A DNA stretch of 64,000 bases from Mobula hypostoma (taxonomy: Eukaryota): positions 198,588,001-198,652,000 of the forward strand of contig NC_086100.1 of assembly GCF_963921235.1 (NCBI RefSeq). Direction: 5' to 3'. The position numbers and the translations under genes were made by a program. Below, one piece after another: positions 1 through 15,200 of the stretch. The notes under the pieces were generated by a model. That model did not search any database. It was not told the origin of the DNA and saw only the letters and a program-made list of their open reading frames with translations. The number at the start of each line of letters is the position of its first letter. Positions within the stretch are counted from its first letter, which is position 1.

Positions 1-164
1 ATGGGTGGAGTTGGTGTTATTAGAGGGAGGTTTAAGGTTGGGTTTGGATTACAGGTGGAGGTACGATTTGGGGTTGGGATACTGTCGATAAGTGTGAGAT
101 GAGCAGGAATTGGATGGGATAGGATGCTGGACAATGGGCTGAAGAATGGCTGTATGTGTTGCAG

Positions 165-222
165 GCTGCGGACTGGGTTCCTGACCTGCAGAGTGAGGCG
201 TTACTGAAGGAGATGCAACAGT
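165..222 (+). CDS. SHTN1-like: Shootin-like exon (AADWVPDLQSEALLKEMQQ+t)
   Basis: Acceptor tgtgttgcag, donor t|gtgagt. The phase-1 end joins 6044 to give LKEMQQSSMQIIAEL, which aligns with shootin LEEFQKISHMVIEEV. The 5' boundary is less certain. Confidence 0.65.
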
Positions 223-3200
223 GTGAGTTCCAAATCGCGTTGCTGCACACCGTGTTCGGGGCCGGTTCTGGCTTACCCCAAGGGTCAGGATCCAACGGGA
301 GCGTGTCGGGAGGTGACGTTCGGGAACAGTGCACTCAGGGACCCTCCACAAGGCTAGAATTAGGTCCATGCCAGCAATGAGCTGAGCCTGTGGTCCAAGG
401 TTTCCTGGGCTTGTGGGGCGTGGAGGAGGCGCTCTGTGGAGTTATGCCAATACGTGACTCCAGTCCCACTAGTGTCCTTGTCCTTAACTACGCCCCTTCT
501 CCTCCAGGGCCATCCTCGATGGAGAACTAGCCTGGAGCGGTGGAGAAGTTCACTCAGTGGCCATTTTATTAGGGGCACCTGTACACCTGCTCCGTAATGC
601 AAACATCTAATCACCCAATCATGTGACAGCAATTTCAATGTGTTCAGAGCATGCGGATATGGACAAGAGGATCAGCTGTTATCCAGACAAAACATCAGAA
701 CAGGGGAGAAATGTGACCTAAGTGACTTTGACCTGGAATGATTGTTGGTGCCAGACGGGGTGGTTTGAGTATCTCAGAACCTGCTGGTCTTCTGGGACTT
801 TCACACACAACAGTGTCTAGAGTTTACAGCGAGTGATACAAAAAGCTATCCAATTAGCAGCTGTCCTGTGGGTGAAAACAGCTTGTGAATGAGAGGGTCA
901 GAGGAGAATGGCCAGACTGGTTCAAGCTAACAGGAAAGTGACAGTAACTCAAATAATCACACATTACAACAGTGGTGTGCAGGAGAGCATCTCTGAATGC
1001 ACAACAGTGTTTGCCTACAGGAGCAGAAGACCATGAACATGCACTCATTATGTAGGTAAATAGTGGCCGCTGAATGTACATGGAAGCATTCCGTGAAATA
1101 CCTTGTCTGGCTTAACAACCGAAGGATGTGCTGGTGGCAGCCTGCGAGTGTCGCCACACATTCCAGTGCTGACATCGCATTCCCACAAAGTTCAGCTGAA
1201 CATCAACAGCAAAAAGGACTTGGCCCAAAATGCCGACTGTTTATTTCCCTCCACAGGTACTGCCTGACCTGCTGTGTTGCTCCAGCATCGTGTGTGTGTG
1301 TGTTGAACAGCATCTTTTCTCCCACCCTCCCTACCAGCCACTCACACACACAGACGGTCCTCCAGCCCCAGGCCTCTGGACCTCCGACCACCAGTCCCTG
1401 GCCCGGACTGACAGGCATCGGGCCTTTGGCCACTGGGCAAGCCAAGGCCTTCGACCAGTGGGGGAAGGCTGTAAAATTGCAAGAGGCAGAGGGAGGGTAG
1501 ACCATGTTGACGTCTCAGGTTGTAACCCTGCATCAGAGCTGAGAGGAGAGGGGCGGTGGCCAGAGCATAGGGCAAAAGGGGCCAGTCGGGAGGTGATTAG
1601 TGGATCAGGGAGAGGTGAGGTGAGGCGTGGCGTGGCAGCCTGTACAGGGGGCAGAGGGGCAGGGGTGATTCAGAGGATGGTGGGTGATTGGTGGATCAAG
1701 GAGAGGCGAGAGGTGGTGGGCAGATGAAGGCGGGAGCAGGTGGAGTTGAGAGACAGAGGCAGGTGTGAAAGGAGGGATGGTGCAGGAGTGGAGGAGGGTG
1801 TAAGGGGGGGCAGAACCTGGAGGGTAAACAGTATCCCAGTGCCAGATCAGGGGAGTGGTGCAGGACCGGAGGGGAGAGGGGATCTGATGAGTTGTGGAGG
1901 TGGTAATTGGAGGGAACGAAGAGGGGGAGGGGGATGGAAATGGGAAAGGAGGTAAAGATGAGGTCTGGAGGAAAGAGAAGAGAACGCAATGTGACGGAGG
2001 GAGGGGAGTAGTGGAGGCAGAGGGCAGGGTTACATTGTGGGCCAGTGGATTTCGGGGTAGTACTACCTTGACTTTGACTGTTTCTCCGTTGTCCTGTTCT
2101 ACATTGTATGCTCTACTCTACGAACTTCTTCCCCTGTGGCTGCTCCACTCATTGGCCTAATTTGAGCAGAGGAGAGAGGCCATGTGGCCCATTGAATGGA
2201 TGCTGTTCCTCTGTGCTACCTCAGCTCTCCTCGTGAGCCTGCAGGTTTACTTCCCTCTGCAAATCCAGTTCTCTTACACTCAGCAGTGAGATCTGGATTA
2301 AGCTCCTCACTGCCGACAACACTCCCTCCTCCCTGTATCTCGGTGCCCTGTCCCACCAGCTCCTGAGGAAGGGCCTTGGCCCAAAACGTCAACTCCTCAT
2401 TCATTTCCGTGGATGCTGCCCGACCTGCTGAGTTCCTCCAGCGTTATGTGTGTGTTGGTCCAGATTTCCAGCACCTGTAGAACCTCTTGTGTTTACAGAC
2501 ATTGCTTTACTCACCTTACCCCTAAACCTGTTGTGAAACTCTTCATCAAATCTCCCCTTACCCTCAGGATGGCAGCATGACCCTCACCACCCAGGCCATG
2601 CCCTTCTCTCAACGCTACCATCAGGGAAGAGATACAGGAGTCTGAAGACACACGTTTAGTAACAGCTTCTCCCTCCACCATCAGATTTTTGAACACTACC
2701 TAGCATCTACTCTCTGTGTCAGAAACTGGTGGAATTGTGGATAGTGAGGAGCGTTGTCAAAGGATACAGCAGGACATTGACCAGTTGCAAATATGGAAGA
2801 TGGAGATTAACTTGGGAAATGTAAGGTGTTGCATTTTGGGAGATCAAATGCAACAGGAAAGTATACAGTTAATGGTAGGACCTTGGACAGCCGTGATATA
2901 TGTGATATTGAGGTTCCCATGTGAGTAGGTAGGGTGATAAAGAAGGCAGATGTTCTGCTTGACCTCATCAGTCAGGACACTAAGTATGACTCAGGAAGAT
3001 GTGTTGTAATTGTGGAGAACTTTGGTTAGACCACATCTGGAGCATTGCGTGCATTTCTGGTTGCCCCATTACAGGAAGGGTGTGGAGATTTTGAAGAGGG
3101 CACAGAAATCACCGGGACGCAGGAGGAAGTGTTGTCGGCAGCGAGGTGATTGATCCCGTTCTCACTGCTGAGTGTGAGAGAACTGCATGCACAGAGCAAA

Positions 3201-6200
3201 ATAATGAGAAGAGGAGATAGCACAGACAGCCAGAATCTTTTTCCCAGGGAAAAATGACAGGTGCCAGAGGCATAACTTTTAAGATGGTGAGGGGAGTTTT
3301 AAGGAGATGTGAGGGGCAAGTTTTTTACATAGAGAAAGAAAGATGAGGATTAACTTTATCTGTTACGTGTGTATCGAGACATGAAAACATACAGGGAAAT
3401 GTGTCATTTGCATCAAGTCAGATCAGCGAGGATTGTGCTGGGTAGCCTGTGAGCATCGTTATGTTTCTGGCTCCAACGTAGCATGTCTACCACTTACCTA
3501 CCCTAACACGTATGTCTTTGTAATGTCGGAGGAAACCAACGTGGTCATGGGGAGAGCATACCAACTTCTTATGGACAGTGACGTTGTGAGGTGTTGAGCT
3601 AACGTTTTCGTGCTGAGAGTGGTGGGTGCCCGGACTGGGTTGCCAGGGGTGGTGGTGAAGGCAGACACGACAATGGCAATTAGGGAGTACTTAGATGGGG
3701 GGGCAGAATGGAGGGGTATGGGCCACGTTTATGCCGAGGGCATTTGTTTACTATTTATCATAGTTAGCTGAAGAGCCTGTGCTTTACTAGTCTATGTTCT
3801 CCCCCCCCCCCACCTTACTCTTCTGCCCTCCAATTCTTCATTCCTCCACCCTGGGGAAAAACATTCATAAGGCTCTTCAAAGAGGGAACTCTACAATCCT
3901 CACTCTGCCTGATCTATGTATGAGTCCCAGTCCACCAGTGTGAGTGACTGAACTGGCCTACAGCTGGGCAGTGGACATTAAATTCTGGCCCAACGAACAA
4001 TCTCCTGGATGGGCTTAGTGGGTCAAACAGCATCTCGGCACAAACACATTAATGTAATGAAGGCCAATGTCATGATTTTGCACTGGCAATACCAGAGGAA
4101 AGACAGACTCCAACGCAGAGACAGTGACCAGAGCTTATTCATAAGAATTCCAGCAGAACACCGAAAGCTCGGCCGAGCAGCACCAGGAGATGTAACGTTT
4201 TCAAAACTAGGACCCCGCAATTAGTGCTGATCAGCCATCCGCTTAAATAATACAAGTAACATGGAATTCCCTGAGCACATCAAAATAAACTTAACAAGTT
4301 TAAATTGAAAGCACCAGGAGACCACATTACAAAGAGTGGGTTACTTAAGAAAATACACAACAAACTCTAAATGATTAATGACTCTTGTTAAACAGCTATT
4401 ATTCCAACCGGGTGCTCTGAAACTTCAGAGCCCAATGCTCTCTGGCTGCCTGCAAAGGCCCAAAGGGTTCATTACAGCCAGTGGCTCTACTTCATTGTGG
4501 GTTTGAGGAGATTCACTATGTCACTAAATGTACCGTGTGGTGGAGAGCATCCTGACTGGTTGCCAAGGGATCTAGACTTAACCTGTTCCATCACTCACGG
4601 GCACAGTCCTCCCCACTATTGAGGACATCTTCAGTAGACAGTGACTCAAGAAGGTGACATCCATCTCAGAGGACCCTCACCATCCAGGAGATGCCGTCTT
4701 CTCATTGCTGCCATCAGACAGGAGGTACAGGAGCCTGAAGACCCACACTCAGTGTTTTAGGAACAGCTTCCTCCCCTCTGCCATCAGATTTCTGAATGAT
4801 CTGTGAAACCATGAACACCACTTTGCTATGTCGCTGTCTTTTTGCATTACTTACTACATTTTTAAAATGTTTCTTCTTGTAACATAGTGATTTTTATGTA
4901 CTGCTGTCACAAAGCTAATTTCATGAGATATATCAGTGATAATATATCACGAATTGACAATAAACTGGACTGGTCTAAGAACACTGAGGCTGTCTACAAG
5001 AAGGGTCAGAGCCGTCTCTATTTCCTGAGGAGACTGAGGTCCTTTAACATCTGCCGGACGATGCTGAGGATGTTCTACGGGTCTGTGGTGGCCAGTGCTA
5101 TCATGTTTGCTGTTGTGTGCTGGGGCAGCAGGCTGAGGGTAGCAGACACCAACAGAATCAACAAACTCATTCGTAAGGCCAGTGATGTTGTGGGGATGGA
5201 ACTGGACTCTCTGACGGTGGTGTCTGAAAAGAGGATGCTGTCTAAGTTGCATGCCATCTTGGTCAATGTCTCCCATCCACTACATAATGTACTGGGTGGG
5301 CACAGGAGTACATTCAGCCAGAGACTCATTCCACCGAGATGCAACACAGAGCGTCATAAGAAGTCATTCCTGCCTGTGGCCATCAAACTTTACAACTCCT
5401 CCCTTGGGGGGTCAGACACCCTGAGCCAATAGGCTGGTCCCAGACTTATTTCATAATTTACTGGCATAATTTACATATTACTATTTAACTATTTATGGTT
5501 CTATTACTATTTATTATTTATGGTGCAACTGTAATGAAAACCAATTTCCCCCGGAATCAGTGAAGTATGACTATGACTATGACTAATAAACCTGATTCTG
5601 ATTGTGAATTCTTTTGGTCCGAGTACTGGAAGGAGAGAGAGAGTTCAATGACATGGCGTCGAGACAACAGCCTCTCTCTCAGTGAACTCGCTGGTCATTG
5701 ACTTCAGGAAGAGTCCAGTGGCGCACGTGCAACAGTGCTGAGGTTGAAAGGGTTGAGAGCTTCACGTTGAACATCACCAATAACCTGCCCTGGTTTAACT
5801 CCATAGACACCACAGCCAAGAAAGCTCACCAATGCCTCTACTTCCTCAGGAGGCTAAAGAAAATCGACATCTCCCTTGACCCTCACCAATTTTTATTGAT
5901 GCACCATAGAAAGCATCCTATCCCGATGCATCACGGCCTGGCCAGGCAAACGATCCGCACGTGACTGCAAGGAACTTCAGAGACTGATGAATGTCAGTGA
6001 GTCATCACAGAAACCAGCTAACGTGTGTCTCCTTACCTTCCAGCCTCCATGCAGATCATTGCGGAGTTGGATGAGCTCGAGACACAGCTAGAGGTCGAGA
6101 GGGCATGCCGGGAGAGTGCGGAGGAACTCGCCGTGAAGGTGAGATGGTTTATCGCAGAAAGAGGATGGGATCTGATTCGTCCAATTTAGAGCGCAGGGGA

Positions 6201-9200
6201 CCAGGAAGGTTTTCATCGATGAGAGGGCCGTGATCCTGTTGTGAGTCAGTAGGACAAGGCAGATGGACTGAAGGGCCTGTTTCTGTTTGAACATCTCTAC
6301 TACAGCTGTATAAGACATTGGTGAGATCGCACATTGTGGATAGTTGTAGTCACCCAGCTACAGGAAGGGTGTCATTAAGCTGGAGAGAGTGCAGGAAAGA
6401 TTCATTTCCCAGGATAGGAGGGCTTGAGTTATAAGGAGAGACTGGACAGGCTGGGAGTGTTACTCTTGAGTGAAGGAGGCTGAGGAGTGTCCTCTTAGAG
6501 ACACAAAAATATGAGGGGAATAGATAGGGTAGATATCAGTATTTTTCCCAGCATAAAGGACTCTAAAGTCAGGGGACATAGGTTTAATGTGAGAGGGGAA
6601 AGTTTTAAAATGAAACTCAGGGGCAAGTTCTTCACTCTGAGGGTGGAACAATCTGTCAGAGGAAGTGGTAGAGGTGGGTGCAGTTACAACATTTAAAAGA
6701 CGTGGACATGGATAGCAATGGACATGGCCTGTTCTTCTTCAAGTTATGGTATTGTTGCACTGTTGTAACTATATGTTATAATTATGTGGGTTTTGTCAGT
6801 TTTTCAGTCTTGGTCTGTCCTGTGTTTCTGTGATATCACACCGGAGGAATATTGTATCATTTCTTAATGCATGCATTACTAAATGACAATAAAAGAGGAC
6901 TACGTGTCCTCATAATCTAATAATCTAATCTAATCTAAAAGGTATGGGCCAAATGCAGGCAGGTGGAACTAGCTCAGGTCGACAACTTGGCCAGCCTGCA
7001 GCAGATGGACTGAATGGCCTGTTTCCAGACTCTGTAAGTGTTATAGAGGTTGGTGGTGTATGGAATGCATTGCCAGAGGACGTGGTAGAAGTGGGTACAA
7101 TGTAAAAATCTGAGATGCAAAGGCACTTGGGAGTCCTTGTGCAGAACACCCTGAAGGTTAACTTGCAGGATGAGTTGGTGGTGAGGAAGGCAAATACCAT
7201 GTTCGCATTCATTTCAAGAGCAAGGATGTGATGCTGAGGCTTTATAAGGCACTGATGAGACCTCACATTGAGTATTGTGAACAGTTTTGGGCCCCTCATC
7301 TTAGAAAAGATGTGCTGGCATTGGAGAGGGTCCAGAGGAGGTTCACAAGGATGACTCCGGGAATGAAAGAGTTAGCATATGAGGAACGTTTGATGGCCCT
7401 GGGTCTGTATTCGCTGGAATTCAGGATGGGGGGGGGGATCTCACTGAAACCTTTCAAATGTTGAAAGGCCTAGACAGAGTAGATGTGGAAAGGATGTTTC
7501 CCATGGTGGGGGAGTCTAGGACAAGAGGGCACAACCTCAGGATAGAGGGGTGTCCACTTAAAACCGAGATGTGGAGAAATTTGTTTAGCCAGAGGGTGGA
7601 GAATTTGTGGAGCTTATTACCACAGGCAGCTGTGAAGTCCAGGTCATTGGGTGTATTTAAGGCAGAGCTTGATAGGTTCTTGATTGGACATGCCATCAAA
7701 GGTTATGGGGAGAAGGCCGGAACTGGGGTTGAGGAGGGGAAAAAGGACCAGCTATGACTGAATGGTGGAGCAGACTCGGTGGGCCAAATGGGCTAATTCT
7801 GCTCCTACGTCTTATGGTCTAATTATGCATAAAAGACATTTAGACAGGTAGTTTGATAAATTCAAGGTTCAAGATTGTTTAATGTCATTTCCTGTACACC
7901 AAGGGCAAAGGAGAATGAAATAGTTGTTACTCCAGATCCAATGCAACACAAAAAACAGGGTAAGGTAAAGAACAGAATAATAATTTTAAAACACAATAAA
8001 TATGTAAGATAGCTTATATACACCTGGTTTCACCTATCACCTTCCAGCTTGTCCTCCTTCCCTCCTACTACCTTTTTATTCTGGCATCTCCCTCTTTTTT
8101 TCCATTCCAGAACAAAGGTCTCAGACTGAAATATCAGCTGCTTGTTCCTCTCCATAGATGCTGCCTGACCTGCTGAGTTCCTCCAGCAGTTTGTGTGTGT
8201 TGCTCTGGATTTCCAGCATCTGCAAAATTTCTTGAGTTTCTATACATAGATTGACTGTATGTCCATAAACTGACACTAGGCACAGAAGTGTGTGTATATA
8301 AGGTGACTCCGACAGGAAATGATAAAGTAACTTAGTAGTGGTTAGGGGTATGGAGGGGTGAGTTAGTGGGTGGAGGTGTTGATCAGCCTGTAACTGTTTT
8401 GAATCTGGTGGGCCTGGCATGGATGTTACGTAGCCTCCTCATAATCATAGTCATAGTCATACTTTATTGATCCCGGGGGAAATTGGTTTTCACTACAGTT
8501 GCATCATAAATAATTAAATAGTAATAAAACCATAAATAGTTAAATAGTAATATGTAAATTATGCCAGGAAATAAGTCCAGGACCAGCCTATTGGCTCAAG
8601 GTGTCTGACCCTCCAAGGGAGGAGTTGTAAAGTTTGATGGCCACAGGCAGGAATGACTTCCTATGACGCTCTGTGTTGCATCTCGGTGGAATGAGTCTCT
8701 GGCTGAATGTACTCCTGTGCCCAACCAGTATATTATGTAGTGGATGGGAGACATTGTCCAAGATGGCATGCAACTTGGACAGCATCCTCTTTTCAGACAC
8801 CACCGTCAGAGAGTCCAGTTCCATCCCCACAACATCACTGGCCTTACGAATGAGTTTGTTGATTCTGTTGGTGTCTGCTACCCTCAGCCTGTTGCCTCAG
8901 CACACAACAGCAAACATGATAGCACTGGCCACCACAGACTCGTAGAACATCCTCAGCATCGTCCGGCAGATGTTAAAGGACCTCAGTCTCCTCAGGAAAT
9001 AGAGACGGCTCTGACCCTTCTTGTAGACAGCCTCAGTGTTCTTTGACCAGTCCAGTTTATTGTCAATTCGTATCCCCAGGTATTTGTAATCCTCCACCAC
9101 GTCCACACTGACCCCCTGGATGGAAACAGGGGTCACCGGTACCTTAGCTGTCCTCAGGTCTACCACCAGCTCCTCCCCGATGGGAGTGGAACAAACTGTC

Positions 9201-12200
9201 CATGAGCAGGGTGGGTGGGTTCCTTCATGATGTTACTGGCCCTTTTCCCAGCACCTTTCTGTATTTATGTCCTTGATGACAGGTGGGCTGGTGCTGGTGA
9301 TACACTGGACAATTTTGACAACCCTTCCTCTTCGCTGCAGTGCAGTTTCCATACAAAGCAGTAATGCAGCTCGTTAGGATGCTCTCTACTGCACAGCTGT
9401 AGGATAACATTAGCATGGATGTGCAAAGTTCGGCTCTCATCAGCCTCCTCAGAAAGTAGAGGTACTGGTGAGCTTCCTGATTGCATAGAATGTGTTCTGG
9501 AATCATAAGAGGTTGTTGAAGACTTGCAGTTACGGGAGCTTGAAACTGCCCGCAGTTTCCACGGCTGTGTTGAAACTAGTAGGGTAGTCTCAGAGAGCTA
9601 GTAAAGGCACAAGAGGCCAAAAGGCATCCTGTCAGGCTCTCCAATCACAACCCGGGGGTGGGGGGGGGGGGAGTTTGTTCCCCACTGTGTGCAGTGGGAG
9701 CAAGTTAACTGGGGAGGGTGGGGTTAAGATGAGTGCTGGAAGTCTGTTCCCCTGCTGAGTGTGGTGGGGGCAGGTTAACTGGGGGAGGGGTCAGGGTGAG
9801 TGCAAGCTGGGCGTTTGTTCCCCACAGTGTGGAATGGGGCCAAGTTAACCCGGCCGGGGGGGCGGTTTAGGATGAATGCAGGCTGGGAGTTGGTTCCTCC
9901 ACTGGATGTACTGGGGCAGGTTAACCAGGGGAGGGGTTAGGGACAGGTTGTATACAAAGGGCCTGAAGTATTGTTGAGGATTCCTACCACCCATCCCACA
10001 ATCTCTCTGACCCACTACCATCAGGAAGGAGATACAGGAGCATCAGGACTTGGATTGCCAGACTGGTAACAGCTTCCTCCCTCAGGCTGTGAGACTAGTG
10101 AATACCCTGCCACCACCGAGGTCTCGTCACTAGGACAATGAGCTGTTTACTGTTTACCTGTGCTGCCCACTACATGCATTTGAATTATATTTATTAACTT
10201 ATCTGAGGTAATATTTAGTTCTATGTGCTGCGTGTGATGTATGTATTGTGGGTGCACTGTGGTCCGGTTTCCTTTGGTTGTACATGTGACGATGAAATTG
10301 AGTGAGAGGTGGGAGATGTTCTCTGGCTGAGTGTGGTGGGGTTCAGGTTAACTCGACCGTGTTTTCACAGCTCAGCAAAGAGAACCGCAAACTGCAGAGG
10401 ATGAGCCTGGTCCTGCAGCCTATGTGGGACAAGCTGCCAGACGACATTGCCCAGCTGGCCCCGGGGACAGAGGAGGGCACCGATCCCAGCGAGGATCCTG
10501 TCTACCAATACCAGCTCCAGATCAAAGGTGACATGTCTCAACAGAGTGGACCAGGGCCTCCACTCCTCAATCCGTCCAAACGAGGGCAGGGATGGAGTCT
10601 CCCGCCCACCCTGTCCACGGTGAAAACAGCAGGATGTGCTGCAGATGTCAGACACCTGGAGTAACACACACACACACACTCAGCAGGTCAGGCAGCATCT
10701 GCGGAAGTGAATAAACAGGTGATGTTTCGGGCTGAGACTCTTCATCGGGATCGGAAAGGAAGAGGGCTGAGGCCAGAGTAAGGTGGGGGGAGGGGAAACT
10801 GTCCAAGCTGACAGGTAATGGGTGAGACCAGGTGAAGGGGAAGGTGGGTGCGAGGGGTCTGTCCGCTGTAAAAGGCAACAGCTCCTGGTGGCCCCCCATT
10901 TCAAAGTGATCCCCATTCCTACATGTTGGTCCTTGGCCCCTTTGTTGCCACAATGAAACCACACTCACATTCTGTATGGACAGCTTCCAATCTGATGGCA
11001 TGAACATCTATTTCACCAACTTCTGCTAAGTTCCACCTCCTACCTTCCCTCTTTTTCCATCCCACTCTGGTTCCCCTCTCTCCTCATGTGTTCTCCTCAC
11101 CTGCCCATCACCTCTCTCAGATGCCTCTCCTCCTTCCCTTTCTCCCTTGGTCCGCTCTCTTCAATCAGATTCTTCTTCTCGGCCCTTTACCTTCTCCACC
11201 TATCACCTCCCAGTTCCTTACTTCTTCCACCCTTCTTTCCCTTCTCCTGCCAGCTTGTACTCCTTCCGTCCCCCTATTCTGGCTCCTTCCCCCTTCCCCT
11301 CCAGTCCTGGCAAGGGGTCTCGGCCTGAAACTTCTCTGTTTATTCATCTCCATAGATGCTGCCTGACCTGCTGAGTTTCCCCAGCATATTGTTTGTGTTG
11401 CTGTCCACGTCCAACTTCAGGTTTATTGTGATGGACATGCAGTACAGTCCCAGAGTACTACCGCTATAAAAATTATCTTCTTCCACCTGCAGCACAGTAA
11501 CTCATACCTAATTTACATGACAACATGAGCAAAGATAAACATAATGACATTGTTGCAAGTGAAGGGAAGTACAGTCTGAGATAGAATTAGAGACCAGGAT
11601 GGTGGTGAAAATTCGCAGCTTGGGTTGGGGAGTTTGACGTTGTCGTGTTCACCAGATTTGGCGATTGGCTTGCAGAGGTTTCATCGCCAGTCGAGGTGAT
11701 ATCCTCAGTGTGCAGTTTCTCCCTGGGAGTGCCCGTATTCATAGAAACATAGAAAACCTACAGCACAATACAAGCTCTTCGGCCCACAGAGTTGTTCTGA
11801 ACATGTCCCTACCTTAGAAATTACTAGGCTATAGAAACATAGGCCCCTGTTTGCTTGTCTTGGTTCAGATTCGCCACCCATTCATTTGACCCTTATATTC
11901 AATTGGCTCGTGCTTCTTTGGCTCATAGCTGCCATCTATCTTGATATGTTCAATTACGGACTGTCAGAAGAGAACAACCCTTCTAAAGGTTCTCGTGCCT
12001 GCCTTGTGTTGCCTGTGCCAGACCTCCGCGGTGTCCGAGTTAAAGTGGTGTCCATAAGACCATAACATATTGGAGCAGAATTAGGCCATTTGGCCCATCA
12101 GATCTGCTCTGCCATTTCATCATGGCTGATTCAATTTTCCTGTCTGCTCTAATCTCCTGCCTTCTCACCGTGTCTGTTTATGCCCTGACCAATAAAGATT

Positions 12201-15200
12201 CTATCAATCTCTGCCTTAAGTATACATAAGAACTTGGCCTCCACAGCTGCCAGTGGCAAAGAATTCCACAGATTCACCACTCTCTGGCTAAAGAAATTCC
12301 TCCTCGTCTCCGTTCTAAAAGGATGCCCCTCTATCATGAGGCTGTGTCCTCTAGTCATAGACTCTTCACCATAGGAAACATTCTCTCCATATCCACTCTA
12401 TCAAGGCCTTTCACCATTCGATAGGTTTCAATGAGGTCACCCCTCATTCCTCTGAATTCTAGTGAAAACAGACCCAGAGCCATCAAACACTCTTCATATT
12501 ACAAGCCATTCAATCCTGAAATCAGTTTTGAGAACCTGCTTGTTATGTCTTCAATGGATTCCAACAGATTTGTCAGGCAAGAGTTTCCCTTAAGGAAACC
12601 AGGCTAAATATGGCCTATTTTATCATGTGCCTCCAAGTACCCTGAGACCTCATCCTTAATAATCAACTCCAACATCTTTCCAACCACTGAGATCAGACTA
12701 ACTGTCCTATAATTTCCTTTCTTCCGCCTCTCTCCCTTCTTGAAGAGTGGAGTAACATTTGCAATTTTCCAGTCTTCCAGAACCATTCCAGAATTAGCAG
12801 TTCTTGAAAGATCATTGCTAATGCTTCCACAATCTCTTCAGCCACCTCTTTCAGAACTCTGGGGTATACCCCATCTGGTCCAGGTGATATCTACTTTCAG
12901 ACCTTTCACTTTCTCAAGAATCTTCTCCCTAGTCATGGTAACTTCACACACTGTGTGCCCCTGGCACCTGGAACTTCCACGATACTGCTAGAGTCTTCCG
13001 CAGTGAAGACTGATGCAAAATACTTATTTAGTTCATCTGCCATTTCCTTGTCCCCATTACTACCTCTCCAGCATTGTTTTCTGATATCATTTGTAATAAA
13101 CTTGAACACAAACAAAAAATGCCACCTCCATGACATCCTAAGACATGGGAGCAAAATTAGGCCATTCATCCCACTGAGCCTGTTCATCGTTCCATTATGG
13201 CTGATTAAGTTTCCCCCTCAACCCTATCCATCTGCCCTCTCCCCTTGACTAAGCTTTGACACCCTGACTAATCAAGAACCCATCAACCTCCGCTTTAAAT
13301 GTACCCAATGAATTCTGCAGATTCGCCACTCTCCGACTAAAGAAATTCCTCCTCATCTTTGTTCTAAAGTGACGATGGCTTTCGACAGTCAAAGATAAAG
13401 CAACTCCCTCCACCCTACCCATCTTTGCAAGACAACATTAGGAGTTATTCCCTCCCATCCCAGCAGAGCCCTGGGTCAGTCCCCTCCCTCGGCTGATTCC
13501 CAGGAATCTGGAGCTCTGCAGAGGGAACAGGCAACCCCAGGGAGAAGATAAACAATGTCCTCTCGTAGTATCAGAATTAGAATCAGGTTTAACATCTTCG
13601 ACATATGTCATCAAATTTATTGTTCTGCGGAAGCAGTACATCTCATTATAGGAAACATTCACTCCATCAAGGTCTCTCACCATTTGATAGGTTTCAACGA
13701 GGTCACCCCTCATCCTTCTGAATTCTGCTGAATACAGGCCAGAGCCATCAAACACTCTTCTTATGGCACCCCTTTCAATCCTGGAATCAATTTCATGAAA
13801 CTCCTTTCAGTTTCAGCATATCCTTTCTAAGATAAGGGCCCAAAACTGCTCACAATACTCCAAGTGAGGCCTTACAGGTGCTTAATAAAGTTTCAACATT
13901 ACATCCTTGCTTTTATGTTCTAGTCCTCTTGAAATGAATGCTAACGTTGCATTTGCCTTCCTCACCACAGGCTCAACCTGCAAGTTAACCTTTAGGGAAT
14001 CCTGCACATGGACTCCCAAGTCCCCTTGCACCTCAGTATTTTGTATTTTCTCTCCAGTCAGAAAATTGTCACCCCTTTCATTTCTTCTCCCAAAGTGCAG
14101 AACCACATGCTTCCCCATATTGTATTCCATCTGCCATTTCTTTGCCCATTCTCCTAATCTGTCTAAATCTGTCGGTAGCCTCTCTACTTCCTCAAAACTA
14201 TGTGCCTCTCCACCTATCTTCATATCATCAGCAAACTTTGCATCAAAGCATCAGTTCCATCATCCAAATTATTGATATATAATGCAAGAAGAATCAATCC
14301 CATCACAGAATCCTGTGGAACACCACTAGACACCGGCAGCCAACCAGAAAAGGATCCTTTTATTCCCACTCTTGGTCTCCTGCCAATCAGCCATTGCTTT
14401 ATGCATCTTTCTTGTAACACCATGGTCTCATAGCTCGTTAAGCAGCCTCACATGGCACCATGTCAAAGGCCTTCTGAAAATCCAAGTACACCATGTCTAC
14501 TGATTCTCCTTTGTCTATCCCGCTTGTTATTTTTTCAAAGAATTCCAACAGATCTTCAGCTAAGATTTTCCCTTGAGGTAACCATGGAGACTGCGGTCTA
14601 TTTTATCATTTGCCTCCAAGAACTCTGAGACCTCATCGCTAATAATTGACTTCAACATCTTCCCAACCACTAAGGTCAGACAGACTGGCCTGTAGTTTCC
14701 TTTCTTCTGCCTCTTCCCTTCTTGAAGAATGGAGCGATATTTGCAATTTTTGGGGGGTTCCGGAACTATTCCAGAATCTAGTGATTGCTGAAAGATCATT
14801 ACTAGTGCCTCCATGATCTCTTCAGCCACCTCTTTCAGAACCCTGGGTGTACACCATCTGGTCCGGTGAGTTCACACCCTACATTTTCCCAAGAACCTTC
14901 TCTCTAGTTATGGCGGCTGCACACACTTCATGTCCCCTGACACCTGGAAATTCCACCATACTTCTAGTGTCTTCCACAGTGAAGACTGATGCAAAATACT
15001 TATTCAGTTCATCCACTATTTCATTGTCCCCCCTATTACTATCTCTCCTGCATTGTTTTCCAGCAATCAAATATCCACTCTTGCCTCTCTTTAACACTTT
15101 ATGGAGGAAACTTATTGATATCTTCTTCAATATTATTGGCTAGCTTACTTTCATCTTCCATTTTTACCTTCTTAATGACTTCTGTAGTTGCCTTCCATTG

